DNA of 64,000 nt from a bacterium (GTDB taxonomy: Bacteria; Zhuqueibacterota; Zhuqueibacteria; Residuimicrobiales; Krinioviventaceae), in the NCBI GenBank assembly GCA_963674595.2, contig CAXXFV010000015.1, forward strand, positions 64,001 through 128,000. Reading direction: 5' to 3'. The position numbers were made by a program, and so were the translations under genes. The notes below the pieces were generated by a model. The model made no database searches, was not told where the DNA came from, and saw only the letters and a program-made list of their open reading frames with translations. The stretch's first letter is position 1, and each line of letters opens with the position of its first letter. Shown piece after piece: positions 21,928-32,397 of the stretch.

Positions 21928-23742
21928 ATGGCAAATGTCGAAAAAATTAAAATGAATGAACCAGTAAAAAGATTACGAGGTTCTCTCCCCAAAATTGGTA
22001 TCCGGCCTGTTATTGACGGGCGCCGTAAAGGTGTGCGTGAGTCTATAGAAGATCAAACTATGAACATGGCAAAATCTGCGGCTGCTTTTTTAACAGAAAA
22101 TCTATGTCACCCAAATGGTTTGCCGGTAGAATGTGTTATATCCGATACCTGCATTGGCGGTGTAGCCGAAGCTGCTGATTGTGCTGAAAAGTTTTCCCGC
22201 GAAGGCGTTGGTGTCTCTCTCACGGTAACGCCATGCTGGTGTTATGGGACCGAGGTTATGGATACGGACCCGTTAATCCCGAAAGCGATTTGGGGATTTA
22301 ATGGTACGGAAAGACCGGGCGCTGTGTATCTGGCTGCTGCGGCTGCCGGTTATGATCAAAAAGGATTACCGGTTTTTAAGATTTATGGCAAGGACGTTCA
22401 GGATGCCGCCGATACAACGATTCCTGATGATGTGAAAGAAAAGCTCTTGCTGTTTGCAAAAGCAGGACTGGTTGTTGCCGAGATTAAAGGCAAGTCGTAC
22501 CTGGCTTTGGGCGGCGTGTCTATGGGTATTGCCGGTTCCATTGTTGATCAGGATTTTTTACAGGATTTTTTGGGAATGCGTACGGAAACGGTTGATATGG
22601 TTGAATTTGTCCGCCGCATAAACGAAGAGATTTATGATAAAGACGAGTATGAATTGGCAATGCAGTGGGTTAAAGAAAATTGTCAAGAGGGCAAAGATCT
22701 GAACTCTGCTGATATGCAGTTGTCACGCGAGAAAAAAGATGCCGACTGGGAAACCGTTGTAAAAATGACATTAATTGCCCGTGATTTGATGATCGGAAAT
22801 CCGCGTTTGGATGAGATAGGTTTTGGCGAGGAAGCCTTGGGGCATAATGCCATTGTCTCCGGTTTTCAGGGACAACGTCAGTGGACAGATCATTTGCCGA
22901 ATGGTGATTTTTTAGAAGCAGTTTTGAATTCCTCATTTGACTGGAACGGAATTCGTGAAGCCTTTGTCGTTGCAACGGAAAATGATTGTCTTAACGGCAT
23001 CGCCATGCTGTTCGGACATTTGTTGACGGATACGGCCCAGATTTTTTCTGATGTCAGGACCTTTTGGAGCCCTGAAGCTGTAAAACGTGTTACAGGCAAA
23101 GAGTTGACCGGTATGGCAAAAAGCGGTATTATTCACCTTATTAATTCCGGTTCAACAACACTGGATGCAACCGGGCAACAAAGTGAAAATGGTCAGGCTG
23201 TTATGAAACCGTTTTGGAACATTACACCGGAAGAAGCGGGAAAATGTCTGGATGCGACAAAATGGTGCCCGGCAAGTCTGGGATATTTTCGTGGAGGCGG
23301 TTATTCTTCACAATTTATTACCGACGCAGAAATGCCGGTGACCATGTCACGTGTTAATCTGATAAAAGGTTTGGGCCCGGTTTTGCAAATTGCAGAAGGT
23401 TATACTATAAAATTGCCCAAAGACATTCATACGGTTTTGGACAAACGTACGGACCCGACCTGGCCGACCACATGGTTTGTGCCTAATTTGAACGACATTG
23501 CCGCGTTTAGCGATGTCTATTCTGTTATGAACAATTGGGGCGCAAATCATGGCGCCATCAGTTATGGTCATATTGGAGACAAACTGATTACACTGGCGGC
23601 TATGCTGCGAATTCCGGTCAGTATGCACAATGTTGCAGATGAACGAATTTTCCGTCCAAGTGCATGGACTGCTTTTGGCGCTATGGATATGCAGGGAGCT
23701 GATTACAGGGCCTGTGAGAATTTTGGTCCTCTTTATCGTTAG
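21928..23742 (+). CDS. fucI: L-fucose isomerase
   Basis: [55 protein letters not shown] and WGANHG. Start placed at ATG 21928 after GAGG. Confidence 0.97.
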   Translation: MANVEKIKMNEPVKRLRGSLPKIGIRPVIDGRRKGVRESIEDQTMNMAKSAAAFLTENLCHPNGLPVECVISDTCIGGVAEAADCAEKFSREGVGVSLTVTPCWCYGTEVMDTDPLIPKAIWGFNGTERPGAVYLAAAAAGYDQKGLPVFKIYGKDVQDAADTTIPDDVKEKLLLFAKAGLVVAEIKGKSYLALGGVSMGIAGSIVDQDFLQDFLGMRTETVDMVEFVRRINEEIYDKDEYELAMQWVKENCQEGKDLNSADMQLSREKKDADWETVVKMTLIARDLMIGNPRLDEIGFGEEALGHNAIVSGFQGQRQWTDHLPNGDFLEAVLNSSFDWNGIREAFVVATENDCLNGIAMLFGHLLTDTAQIFSDVRTFWSPEAVKRVTGKELTGMAKSGIIHLINSGSTTLDATGQQSENGQAVMKPFWNITPEEAGKCLDATKWCPASLGYFRGGGYSSQFITDAEMPVTMSRVNLIKGLGPVLQIAEGYTIKLPKDIHTVLDKRTDPTWPTTWFVPNLNDIAAFSDVYSVMNNWGANHGAISYGHIGDKLITLAAMLRIPVSMHNVADERIFRPSAWTAFGAMDMQGADYRACENFGPLYR

Positions 23743-23757
23743 TTATAGGAGTTATTT

Positions 23758-24942
23758 TTGAAAAAAATACGTGTTGGAGTTGTATTCGGCGGTAGATCGA
23801 CTGAACATGAAGTGTCATTGGTGTCAGCCGGGTCGGTAATGAAAGCCCTGGATCCATCGAAATATGATATTATTCCCATTGGAATCGGGAAAACAGGCCA
23901 ATGGATTACCGGGCATAAGGCATTAAAGATGTTGCAGGAAAATTTGAGTGATAAAGAGAACCGGGTTTGTTTACTGCCGGACCCAACCGTTCAGCATTTG
24001 GTACGTATGGAATCCTTGCCGGAACTTTCAGGCTCTGATCAATTTACAGCAAGTCTGGATGTAATTTTCCCGGTATTACATGGAACTTATGGTGAGGATG
24101 GTATTATTCAGGGTGTTTTTGAATGTGCCGGTTTACCCTATGTCGGCGCCGGAGTTTTAGGCTCTGCTGTCAGTATGGACAAGATTATCCAAAAACTGGT
24201 GTGCAAACAACTTGGCATTCCGGTTCCCAAATTTTTATGGTTTAAAAGTATAGACTGGTCAAACCCTTCTCTTATCTCTTCCGGTTTTGAGCTGGAATAT
24301 CAATTGGCAAATAAAACCAAAATTCAGATAATGGATGAAATTGAAGAGAAAATCGGGTATCCGTTGTTTATTAAACCACCGAATCTCGGTTCCAGCGTTG
24401 GTATTTCCAAGGCCCATAACCGTAAAGAACTTGAACAAGGTATTGATCTGGCCATTCAATATGACAGAAAAGTGTTGATTGAAGATGCCGTGGATAACGT
24501 CCGTGAAATAGAAGTGAGTGTTTTGGGAAATGACAAACCCCGTGCATCTGTTGTTGGGGAAATTTTCCCTTCAAACGAATTTTATGATTATGATGCAAAA
24601 TATATAGATGGAATGAGCGGTTTAAAAATACCGGCGGATTTACCTGAAACGTTGGCCGCTGAAATTCGTCAAACAGCAATTAAAAGTGTACTGGCTGTTG
24701 AAGCGGAAGGTATGGCCAGAGTTGATTTTCTGTTAAACGGTAAAACCAATGAATTTTTTCTTAATGAAGTGAATACGTTGCCCGGTTTTACGAGCATCAG
24801 TATGTACCCGAAATTATGGGAAGCATCCGGAATATCCTATTCCCAATTGTGCGATGAATTGATTAAACTGGCTATTGACCGGTATGAACAACGCCGTAAA
24901 TTGGCCACAACATATCAACCAAAAAATGACTGGTATCGATAA
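23758..24942 (+). CDS. ddl: D-alanine--D-alanine ligase
   Basis: FGGRSTEHEVSLVSA, LHGTYGEDG, GSSVG, FYDYDAKY and NEVNTLPGFT. Confidence 0.96.
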   Translation: MKKIRVGVVFGGRSTEHEVSLVSAGSVMKALDPSKYDIIPIGIGKTGQWITGHKALKMLQENLSDKENRVCLLPDPTVQHLVRMESLPELSGSDQFTASLDVIFPVLHGTYGEDGIIQGVFECAGLPYVGAGVLGSAVSMDKIIQKLVCKQLGIPVPKFLWFKSIDWSNPSLISSGFELEYQLANKTKIQIMDEIEEKIGYPLFIKPPNLGSSVGISKAHNRKELEQGIDLAIQYDRKVLIEDAVDNVREIEVSVLGNDKPRASVVGEIFPSNEFYDYDAKYIDGMSGLKIPADLPETLAAEIRQTAIKSVLAVEAEGMARVDFLLNGKTNEFFLNEVNTLPGFTSISMYPKLWEASGISYSQLCDELIKLAIDRYEQRRKLATTYQPKNDWYR

Positions 24943-25740
24943 GTGAAAAGTAAAATTGAGTTTTGGAAAATATCTGCAACCGGAAATGATTTTATTGTTA
25001 TTGATAATCGTGATGGTTTGTTGAATGCTGAAACTGATAAAAATTTTATTCGGACAATTTGTGAGCGCCGAACATCGATCGGTGCCGATGGCGTTATTTT
25101 ACTTGAAAACAGCGAACAGGCGGATTACAGGTATGTTCATATAAACGCTGACGGCAGTATTGCAGAAATGTGCGGGAACGGATCGCGGGCTATTGCTTAC
25201 TTTGCGGTTGAAAATAAAATATCGGGTAATACGGCCGATTTTGAAATCAATAATAAAATGTATAAAGTAAATGTCCGGGAAAAGTTTGTCCAGACGGATT
25301 TTTCCCCGCCGGATTCTCCTCAATTCAACTTGAATATTGTTGAGGACAGTGAACTTGAAGAAGGCGGATTTATTGATACCGGTGTGCCTCATTTTGTCCT
25401 TTTTGTTAAGGATGTATCAACTGTCAACGTTGCTGAACTGGGCAAAAAATATCGACACCACTCTTTTTTTGAAAAGGGAAGTAATGTCAATTTTGTAGAG
25501 ATTGTTGATCAGGACATCATTAAGATGAGGACCTTTGAAAGAGGTGTGGAAGGTGAAACCCTGGCCTGTGGGACGGGTGCTGTGGCATCTGCAATTATCA
25601 GTCATTTAAAAAAAGCGACAAGCTCACCCACAAAAGTTCATTTTCCCGGAGGTGAACTTTTCATTCGGTTTGATGCGGGACTGAAAAACGTTTCACTTGC
25701 CGGACCAGTATCCCCAATCTATAAAGGAATATTATTATAA
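24943..25740 (+). CDS. dapF: Diaminopimelate epimerase
   Basis: GNDF, GADG, NADGS.AEMCGNG.R and ERGVEGETLACGTG. Confidence 0.96.
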   Translation: MKSKIEFWKISATGNDFIVIDNRDGLLNAETDKNFIRTICERRTSIGADGVILLENSEQADYRYVHINADGSIAEMCGNGSRAIAYFAVENKISGNTADFEINNKMYKVNVREKFVQTDFSPPDSPQFNLNIVEDSELEEGGFIDTGVPHFVLFVKDVSTVNVAELGKKYRHHSFFEKGSNVNFVEIVDQDIIKMRTFERGVEGETLACGTGAVASAIISHLKKATSSPTKVHFPGGELFIRFDAGLKNVSLAGPVSPIYKGILL

Positions 25741-25817
25741 ATCGGGACCGATATACATGTCAATCTCAATTCTTTCCCCTTATACTGAACTAATCGTTTC
25801 ATGGCAAAGGAATTAGG

Positions 25818-27992
25818 ATGAATAAGACATTAAGGTTAAAATTTTTAACCGGTATTCTGCTGGCTGTTGCTGCTGTTGTTATGGTTGTGATTTTTACAAT
25901 GTTATTGCTCCCGGACCTGTTTCAGGTTTTTGAAGCCAAAACTTTGGATTGGCGTTATGTTGAGCGTCTGGAAAAATTATATTCAGACAGGCAGGGCGCT
26001 CAAATCGAGGATATCATTATTATCGATATTGATAATCGGAGCCTTGATAAACTTGGGCCTTTTCAGCAATGGCCGCGTTCTTACCATGCTCAAATTGTCG
26101 ATTTTATATCTTCCGGCGGGGCCTTGGCCGTTGGTTTTGATGTTCTTTTTATGGAACCGGACAAAAAATCTGAAATTGATGAGGATTTTGTTCGTGCAAC
26201 ATCGAATGCGAGTATTGTTTATCATGCTATGGCCTTTTCATCAGCCAATCCGGATGCGTTTTTATATCCAATGACCGAACCGCCTGAAGGTTTTAAAGTT
26301 GAAAAGTTTACACTGAACCATCCGCAATTAAACCAAAATTTTAATACTGTTGACCGAATGGACGGCAAAATTGTAGATTTATATAATGCATCGGCCGGTA
26401 TCGGGTTTGCTAATTTTTCGCCTGACAATGACAGTGTTATTCGAACCATGCCGTTATTTTTAAATTTTGCCGACAGGCAGTACATGTCTCTATCATTGGC
26501 TATGGTTTTGGGGATTTTGGGTGTTAATCCTCAGGATGTTGAGATAATTCCGGGAGATAAAATAAATATTTACTCTCCGGACAATCAAAATGAAGCGTTG
26601 GTCCAAATTCCAATAGATGAAAACGGACGAATGCTGATCAATTATCAGGGTACGTTTCAAACATTTCGATATATTTCCTATTATGATGTTTTGATGCAGC
26701 GGGTTCCGGCCGAGTTTTTTGAAAACCGGATTGTTCTTGTAGGAACATCCGCCGCCGGTTTATCGGACATTCGTCCTGTACCTTTTCAGGATGTTTTCCC
26801 CGGAGTGGAAATTCACGCAAACATTATTTATAATATGCTGATGCAGGAATATGTCCGTCGTCAAAATCAGACTTTTCTGTTCATTAATTTGATATTATTG
26901 GCGCTGGCAACAGCCTTGGTAGCTATTGTTTTAAAACCCTGGTTAAGCGCTCTTTGTTCTATTTTAATTGCTGCCGGATATTCTTTCAGTACCGCCTGGA
27001 TTTTTGCTCATGATGCCTATTGGCTTGAGATGGTTCGTCCGGTTTTAACGGTATTTTTTGCTTATTTATTTGTATTCATTTACAGATATATAGATGAAGA
27101 AAAAAATAAACGTTATATAAAAAATATTTTTCAATATTATTCTTCTGCCACGGTTGTTAATGAAATATTAAAAAGACCTGAAATGTTAAAACTTGGGGGT
27201 GAGCGTCGAATAGCTACGGCCTTTTTTTCGGACATAAAAAGTTTTACAACTGTTTCGGAAATGCTGTCGCCGGAAGATTTGGTGGCGCAATTAAATGAAT
27301 ATTTGTCGGCCATGACCAAAGTTGTTTTAAAATACAACGGTTATTTGGACAAATATGAAGGTGACGCTATAATGGCCATCTTTGGTATTCCGGTGCACCA
27401 GGATGATCACGCGGAAAGAGCGTGTTTGGCGGCGTTGGAAATGCAGGAGATACTGGTTGAGTTGCGTAAAAAATGGGATCGTGAAAACAAACCTCAGTTT
27501 TATGTGCGAATCGGTATCAATTCCGGGCCGATGATTGCCGGAAATATCGGCGGTGATGAACGTGGTGATTATACCGTTATTGGTGATTCCGTAAATCTGG
27601 CGTCCCGACTGGAAGGCGCGAATAAATCATATTATACCGATATCATGATCAGTGAGTTTACCAGAGAGCTGCTGCCGGAAAAAATAATTGTACGGGAGCT
27701 CGACTATATTCGTGTAAAGGGTAAAACAAAACCTGTACAAATTTTTGAACTAATTGACAAAGACAGAAAAAGTCTTTCCACTCAGGAACTGGTCATGTTG
27801 GATGAGTTTGCCAAAGGGCTTGCCGCCTATCGTAAAAAAAACTGGGATAACGCGATGTCTTTTTTTCAAAAAGCACAATTGGGTGACAAAGAGGACGGGC
27901 CGTCCAAAGTGTTTGCAGAACGTTGTTCTTATTATAAAAACAATCCGGTTCCATTTGATTGGGAAGGTGTATTTGAAATGAAAACAAAGTGA
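25818..27992 (+). CDS. CHASE2-domain class III adenylate cyclase with a C-terminal TPR-like tail
   Basis: CHASE2 (IDIDNRSL...WPR, PGVEIHAN); 3 TMs; FSDIKSFT; DKYEGDA (Lys indicates ATP specificity); YTVIGDSVNLASRLEG. Confidence 0.93.
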   Translation: MNKTLRLKFLTGILLAVAAVVMVVIFTMLLLPDLFQVFEAKTLDWRYVERLEKLYSDRQGAQIEDIIIIDIDNRSLDKLGPFQQWPRSYHAQIVDFISSGGALAVGFDVLFMEPDKKSEIDEDFVRATSNASIVYHAMAFSSANPDAFLYPMTEPPEGFKVEKFTLNHPQLNQNFNTVDRMDGKIVDLYNASAGIGFANFSPDNDSVIRTMPLFLNFADRQYMSLSLAMVLGILGVNPQDVEIIPGDKINIYSPDNQNEALVQIPIDENGRMLINYQGTFQTFRYISYYDVLMQRVPAEFFENRIVLVGTSAAGLSDIRPVPFQDVFPGVEIHANIIYNMLMQEYVRRQNQTFLFINLILLALATALVAIVLKPWLSALCSILIAAGYSFSTAWIFAHDAYWLEMVRPVLTVFFAYLFVFIYRYIDEEKNKRYIKNIFQYYSSATVVNEILKRPEMLKLGGERRIATAFFSDIKSFTTVSEMLSPEDLVAQLNEYLSAMTKVVLKYNGYLDKYEGDAIMAIFGIPVHQDDHAERACLAALEMQEILVELRKKWDRENKPQFYVRIGINSGPMIAGNIGGDERGDYTVIGDSVNLASRLEGANKSYYTDIMISEFTRELLPEKIIVRELDYIRVKGKTKPVQIFELIDKDRKSLSTQELVMLDEFAKGLAAYRKKNWDNAMSFFQKAQLGDKEDGPSKVFAERCSYYKNNPVPFDWEGVFEMKTK

Positions 27993-27993
27993 T

Positions 27994-28722
27994 ATGAAAG
28001 AAATTATATACGGAAAAAATCCGGTCTCTGAATGGCTGGAAGCGGGACTTGAAATATCCCGGATTTTTTTAATGAAGGGAAATATTCATAATTCTGTTGT
28101 GCCGTTTGTAAAAAAGGCCGAGCAGCAGAAAATTATGATTAAATATGTCAGTCGTCAGGAACTGGCGCGATTAGCCGGAACCGAAAATCATCAGCAAATT
28201 GCTGCTGAAGTGAATGTGCCTGATTATTGGCACTTGGATGGATTACTGGCAAAGCTGAAAGATGAAAAACAAGCACCATTATTAGCTTTATTGGATGGTG
28301 TTCAGGACCCCCATAATTTGGGAGCTATTTTAAGATCTGCCGATGGTGCCGGTGTGCAGGGAATTATCATTCCCAAAGACAAAGCTGTTGGCCTGAAACC
28401 TTCGGTTGTCAAAGCTTCTGCCGGGGCAGCCGCTTATGTACCTGTTGTACAGGTCGTCAACCTTTCCAGAACAATCGATGATCTGAAAAAAGAGGGTTTT
28501 TGGTTTTTCGGCACAGACCAGGACGCAGAAATGGATTATACAACTGCTGATTATAAAGGTAAAAGTGTGATTGTTCTCGGAAGTGAAGGGAAAGGCATGC
28601 GGCGAATCGTTCGGGAAAAGTGTGATTTTTTGGTCTCCATTCCCATGGCCGGAAAAGTAAATTCGTTGAATGTTTCTGTTTCTGCCGCTCTTTTGTTTTT
28701 TGAAGCAAAAAAACAACGTTAA
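27994..28722 (+). CDS. rlmB: 23S rRNA Gm2251 methyltransferase RlmB (SpoU family)
   Basis: LDGVQDPHNLGAILRSA, GSEGKGMR and IPM.GKVNSLNVSV. Confidence 0.93.
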   Translation: MKEIIYGKNPVSEWLEAGLEISRIFLMKGNIHNSVVPFVKKAEQQKIMIKYVSRQELARLAGTENHQQIAAEVNVPDYWHLDGLLAKLKDEKQAPLLALLDGVQDPHNLGAILRSADGAGVQGIIIPKDKAVGLKPSVVKASAGAAAYVPVVQVVNLSRTIDDLKKEGFWFFGTDQDAEMDYTTADYKGKSVIVLGSEGKGMRRIVREKCDFLVSIPMAGKVNSLNVSVSAALLFFEAKKQR

Positions 28723-28774
28723 TTTAATTAGAGATGATAACTAGTTTGAAAATTTTGAACAGGATAATATAAAT

Positions 28775-29971
28775 ATGTTGGACCCCAAAGTTTTTTATCG
28801 TGAGCTGGATTCTTTTTTAGCAGCTATACGTATAGAAGAGTCGGACCAGGATTTTTTACTAAGAATGTTGTGTGAATTGGAAGTTAAATTTGGACCCAGG
28901 CTGAATTTTGGCAACAGCCGGATATATGAACAAAGAGGTGATTTTTTTGCTTTAATTCATAATGTAGATCCAAAAGATACTCCCAAAATACCGGATAAAA
29001 TTTCCACTAATTCGGACGTGGTCCAATTGGTTTATAAAAATCGAAGTTATATTTTTGACACTCTGGAGTTATGTTCTCCGTTTTTTAAGAAAGAACCTTC
29101 TGAATATACACGGATTGCTTCAATTTGGGTGCATAACCCGGAATTGCAGTGGCTCTTTGTTTTTGAGCTTAAAAGCGGATGGATACGGGAAGAGACAAGT
29201 TTGTTTTTAAACTCTGTAAGGACTTCATTGAACTATCGCCTCTTTTCGGATTTTATGGGTGTCCGTTTGGAGCAGGCAGCTCTGATTCAAAAAAGTTTGC
29301 TGCCTCAAAAACCACCGGATATAGAAGGATATGATATTGCCGGCCGATCTTCTCCTGCCGAACTTGTCGGTGGTGATTTGTATGATTATTTTATGTTGGA
29401 TGAAGGAAGTTTTGGCGTTTGTCTTGGTGATGCCAGCGGACATGGATTACCGGCTGCCCTTTTAGTAAGGGACGTTGTTATTGGTTTGCGAATGGGTTTT
29501 GCAAATGATATGCGTTTGTTACATACGGTTAAAAAATTAAATCAGGTTATACAAAAAAGTACCTATTCAACGAATTTTGTTTCTTTGTTTATTGGTGAAA
29601 TTGAAAGTGATGGTCATTTGTTTTATGCCAACGCCGGGCATCCTGCTCCTTTTATTGTTAAAGGCAAAAATATTGTAGAGTTGGAAGCCACCGGCATCAC
29701 TCTCGGTTTTATTCCAAACATTGACATTCACCGTTCACACGCTCATTTGGAACATGGCAGTGTGTTGGTTATGTATAGTGACGGAATTATTGAACGGACT
29801 AATAAAAAAGATGAGCAGTATGAATTGGAAAGATTGCATAAACTGGTTGTCGACAATCAGCAATTAAGCGCAAAAGAGATTAACCAGTTGATTTTTAAGC
29901 AAGTTTTTGAATATGGCGGCGCAACAGCCTGGGAAGATGATGCTTCTGTTGTGGTGATAAAACGGCTCTAG
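28775..29971 (+). CDS. PP2C/SpoIIE-family Ser/Thr phosphatase with a GAF-like N-terminus
   Basis: VGGDLYD, GDASGHG, NAGHP, YSDGIIE and EDDASVV. Confidence 0.92.
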   Translation: MLDPKVFYRELDSFLAAIRIEESDQDFLLRMLCELEVKFGPRLNFGNSRIYEQRGDFFALIHNVDPKDTPKIPDKISTNSDVVQLVYKNRSYIFDTLELCSPFFKKEPSEYTRIASIWVHNPELQWLFVFELKSGWIREETSLFLNSVRTSLNYRLFSDFMGVRLEQAALIQKSLLPQKPPDIEGYDIAGRSSPAELVGGDLYDYFMLDEGSFGVCLGDASGHGLPAALLVRDVVIGLRMGFANDMRLLHTVKKLNQVIQKSTYSTNFVSLFIGEIESDGHLFYANAGHPAPFIVKGKNIVELEATGITLGFIPNIDIHRSHAHLEHGSVLVMYSDGIIERTNKKDEQYELERLHKLVVDNQQLSAKEINQLIFKQVFEYGGATAWEDDASVVVIKRL

Positions 29972-31434
29972 TTCTTATTTTTCGGTGATATGGTAATAAC
30001 CGAAATTTCAGGGGGACATAAAAATCTTAACGGAAATAAAACAGTACCGATACCGCGTGTTATATATAATGCTGTGTTATTAAAATAGTGCAGGCCCTGC
30101 GTATATTTTCGGCCTATTGCTATACGCACTAAAATGGGGCCGATTATTGGAAGGTTTATTTGCCCGCCGTGTGTATGACCGCTTAAAACAATATCGATAT
30201 TATGTTTTTCCGCTTCTATTACAATGTCCGGGGAATGGCCCAGCAAAATTGAGAGTTTATTGTCATCAACCTGTTCTGCAAAAAGTGCAAAGGAATGATG
30301 GCTATAATTATAATCCAGCCAGTTTTCAGGATCGGCACCATTTGGCGTATTTTCAAAATTTTCAAACGCCAGCGTGTCGCCGGTTTCAGATACAACTACA
30401 AGATCGTCAAAACAGTGGTCGCTTTCTTTTGAAGACCATAGGCCAACCGTTCCGGATTGCAACCGGTCAGGCGAGTCATCATAGGCTTTTACCATCCATG
30501 TTGCAGGTTCCGGGGTGTTTGATTCCCATATTTTTGCTTTCATAACAGTTTTGTTTATAAGGGAGTTTACGTCAATTTTAAACGAATACCATTTTTGCGG
30601 ATCAAGCTGAATTGCTATTGTCTCGCTGTTGTCATTTACCGTTGTACCATGTGGTGAGAAATAAAAATCCGAGTTTTTGGTCCGTCTTAGACGATAATAT
30701 TTATCCAGTCCGTTTAAAAATTGCGAATAAAAGGTAAAACCGATGCCGCCTTTTTGCGGCTGTGATAGCCGAAATTTTCCGAAATAGGTATAATTTTTCC
30801 AGTTTTGTAGTGTATAATAATGTGAATAGGAATTTTTTAACGAGTTTCCGGATTCAAAAAATTTGTTCCCTTTGTCATGTACAAAAAAATCGACGACATC
30901 TGTTTTTTCAAATTCGGAAAAATCTGTTCCAAGGATATAGATTTCCTGGTCCGCTACTTTGATTTTTTGTACCTGATTGGTTAAAACATGAGCACCGATG
31001 GCCCGCATTTTTTCCACAAAATAATCACTATTTTCCTTGTCGTTACTAAAGTCGTTATTTCCCCGGCAAATGAAAATCCCGTATTTGCTTTTCATTGTTG
31101 CTACAATTTCAGCCAAATCATTCAGTATCTTTTGAAATTTTTCCGCTTCCGGATTTTCAAAAAGTTCCGATTGTCTAAAAAAATCCCCTGTGATGGCTAT
31201 GATATCCGGTTTCTGATCATTGACCATTTGTACCACTTTTTTCTCATAGTCGCTGAGTGCGGCAAGATGAATGTCGGAAATTTGCACTATTTTTATTTCA
31301 GAACTGATTTTTTTTGATGGAATGGTAATCCGCTCTATTACGATATGATGACGTTCAATATAATAGGAATATAAAAAAATGCAAAAAATTAATATCGGTA
31401 TCAAGACTAAAACATAAAGTATCCGCCAGTTCAA
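29968..31434 (-). CDS. Membrane-anchored YkuE-like metallophosphoesterase with an inserted beta-sandwich domain
   Basis: SDIH, TGD, GNND, GHSPD, SGHTHGGQ and RFLCPPEI motifs; about 200 aa inserted between GNND and GHSPD. Confidence 0.88.
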   Translation of the reverse strand: MNWRILYVLVLIPILIFCIFLYSYYIERHHIVIERITIPSKKISSEIKIVQISDIHLAALSDYEKKVVQMVNDQKPDIIAITGDFFRQSELFENPEAEKFQKILNDLAEIVATMKSKYGIFICRGNNDFSNDKENSDYFVEKMRAIGAHVLTNQVQKIKVADQEIYILGTDFSEFEKTDVVDFFVHDKGNKFFESGNSLKNSYSHYYTLQNWKNYTYFGKFRLSQPQKGGIGFTFYSQFLNGLDKYYRLRRTKNSDFYFSPHGTTVNDNSETIAIQLDPQKWYSFKIDVNSLINKTVMKAKIWESNTPEPATWMVKAYDDSPDRLQSGTVGLWSSKESDHCFDDLVVVSETGDTLAFENFENTPNGADPENWLDYNYSHHSFALFAEQVDDNKLSILLGHSPDIVIEAEKHNIDIVLSGHTHGGQINLPIIGPILVRIAIGRKYTQGLHYFNNTALYITRGIGTVLFPLRFLCPPEISVITISPKNKN

Positions 31435-31473
31435 TTCAGTCCCTTTATAAAACTTGCTGTTATTTTTGTTATT

Positions 31474-32397
31474 TTATTTTGAGTACGTTCCCTGATGTTC
31501 GTTTTTTTTAATTTCTCTGACCAGGTCACTTGTCAAATTTTTATGTGTTCCATTGTGGAAAATATAAAGATTTTCATTCAAAACATAAAGGCCAAAAATT
31601 TTTCGATCTTTGTTTAAATAAAAGTCTGAATAGTTTTTTGCGGGTATATATTTATCCTTGAAAATTTCAGAAACGACCTGTTTTTTTTGTAGAGCAATTT
31701 CAGGATTTTCATATTTTATAATAAGCAGATGGACCTGTTCTTCTTCATTTCCATATTCGGCAAAAACCCCCTGAACGTTTTTATTATTAATGTCTAATAC
31801 ATCCTGATGTGCAAGATAGAGCACTTTATTAAGCGCCAGGACCCCATTTATAATGCCGATGCTGTTTGCTCTACAATATTTTTGCGGTAACAGAGAAAGC
31901 TGAGATGGCTTTTCAGAGCTTGGTGGGATTTTATTTGAAACAGATTCTGCCAATAATTTTAGAGCATTTTGTGTTTTTTCTTCTTTGTCATATCCTGTAA
32001 GGACCACAAAATAGCAATCCTGCCGGAAGGTGACCTGATAATCGGTTAAAATCCCTTCTGCGCCGATAGCAAGCTGCTGATCGTCTTTGTTGCGAATGGA
32101 GGAGTAAATCCCATAGGCGGCTTCAGCACTCTTCATTTGAAAAATATCTATAGTTACCACGGAATTGTCCTTTTGATATTCCTGAGTTGTGGCCTGAATA
32201 AAACCATATTCCAGATAAATGTCTGCGCCGCCGTTAATAAAATCATACAGATTTGCAGCATTATATGTTTCTGCTTCACCGTCCTTTTGCCACCCGTTGC
32301 ATACTTTGGAATCAGGTAAAAGTTTATTTATATCTGATTGGGCAAAGACGTTCAGATATAAAATAAAGATCAGAAACAATAGCACTGTTTTTTTCAA
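31474..32397 (-). CDS. Secreted hypothetical protein (DUF6599-like)
   Basis: Signal peptide; NLYDFINGGADIYLEYGF; IFQM....AYGIYS. Confidence 0.75.
   Translation of the reverse strand: MKKTVLLFLIFILYLNVFAQSDINKLLPDSKVCNGWQKDGEAETYNAANLYDFINGGADIYLEYGFIQATTQEYQKDNSVVTIDIFQMKSAEAAYGIYSSIRNKDDQQLAIGAEGILTDYQVTFRQDCYFVVLTGYDKEEKTQNALKLLAESVSNKIPPSSEKPSQLSLLPQKYCRANSIGIINGVLALNKVLYLAHQDVLDINNKNVQGVFAEYGNEEEQVHLLIIKYENPEIALQKKQVVSEIFKDKYIPAKNYSDFYLNKDRKIFGLYVLNENLYIFHNGTHKNLTSDLVREIKKNEHQGTYSK

Noticed and set aside
29968-29971. Overlapping stop codons (CTAG) of the convergent PP2C and phosphoesterase genes
   Set aside because: This is a common compact arrangement with no evidence of a regulatory role.
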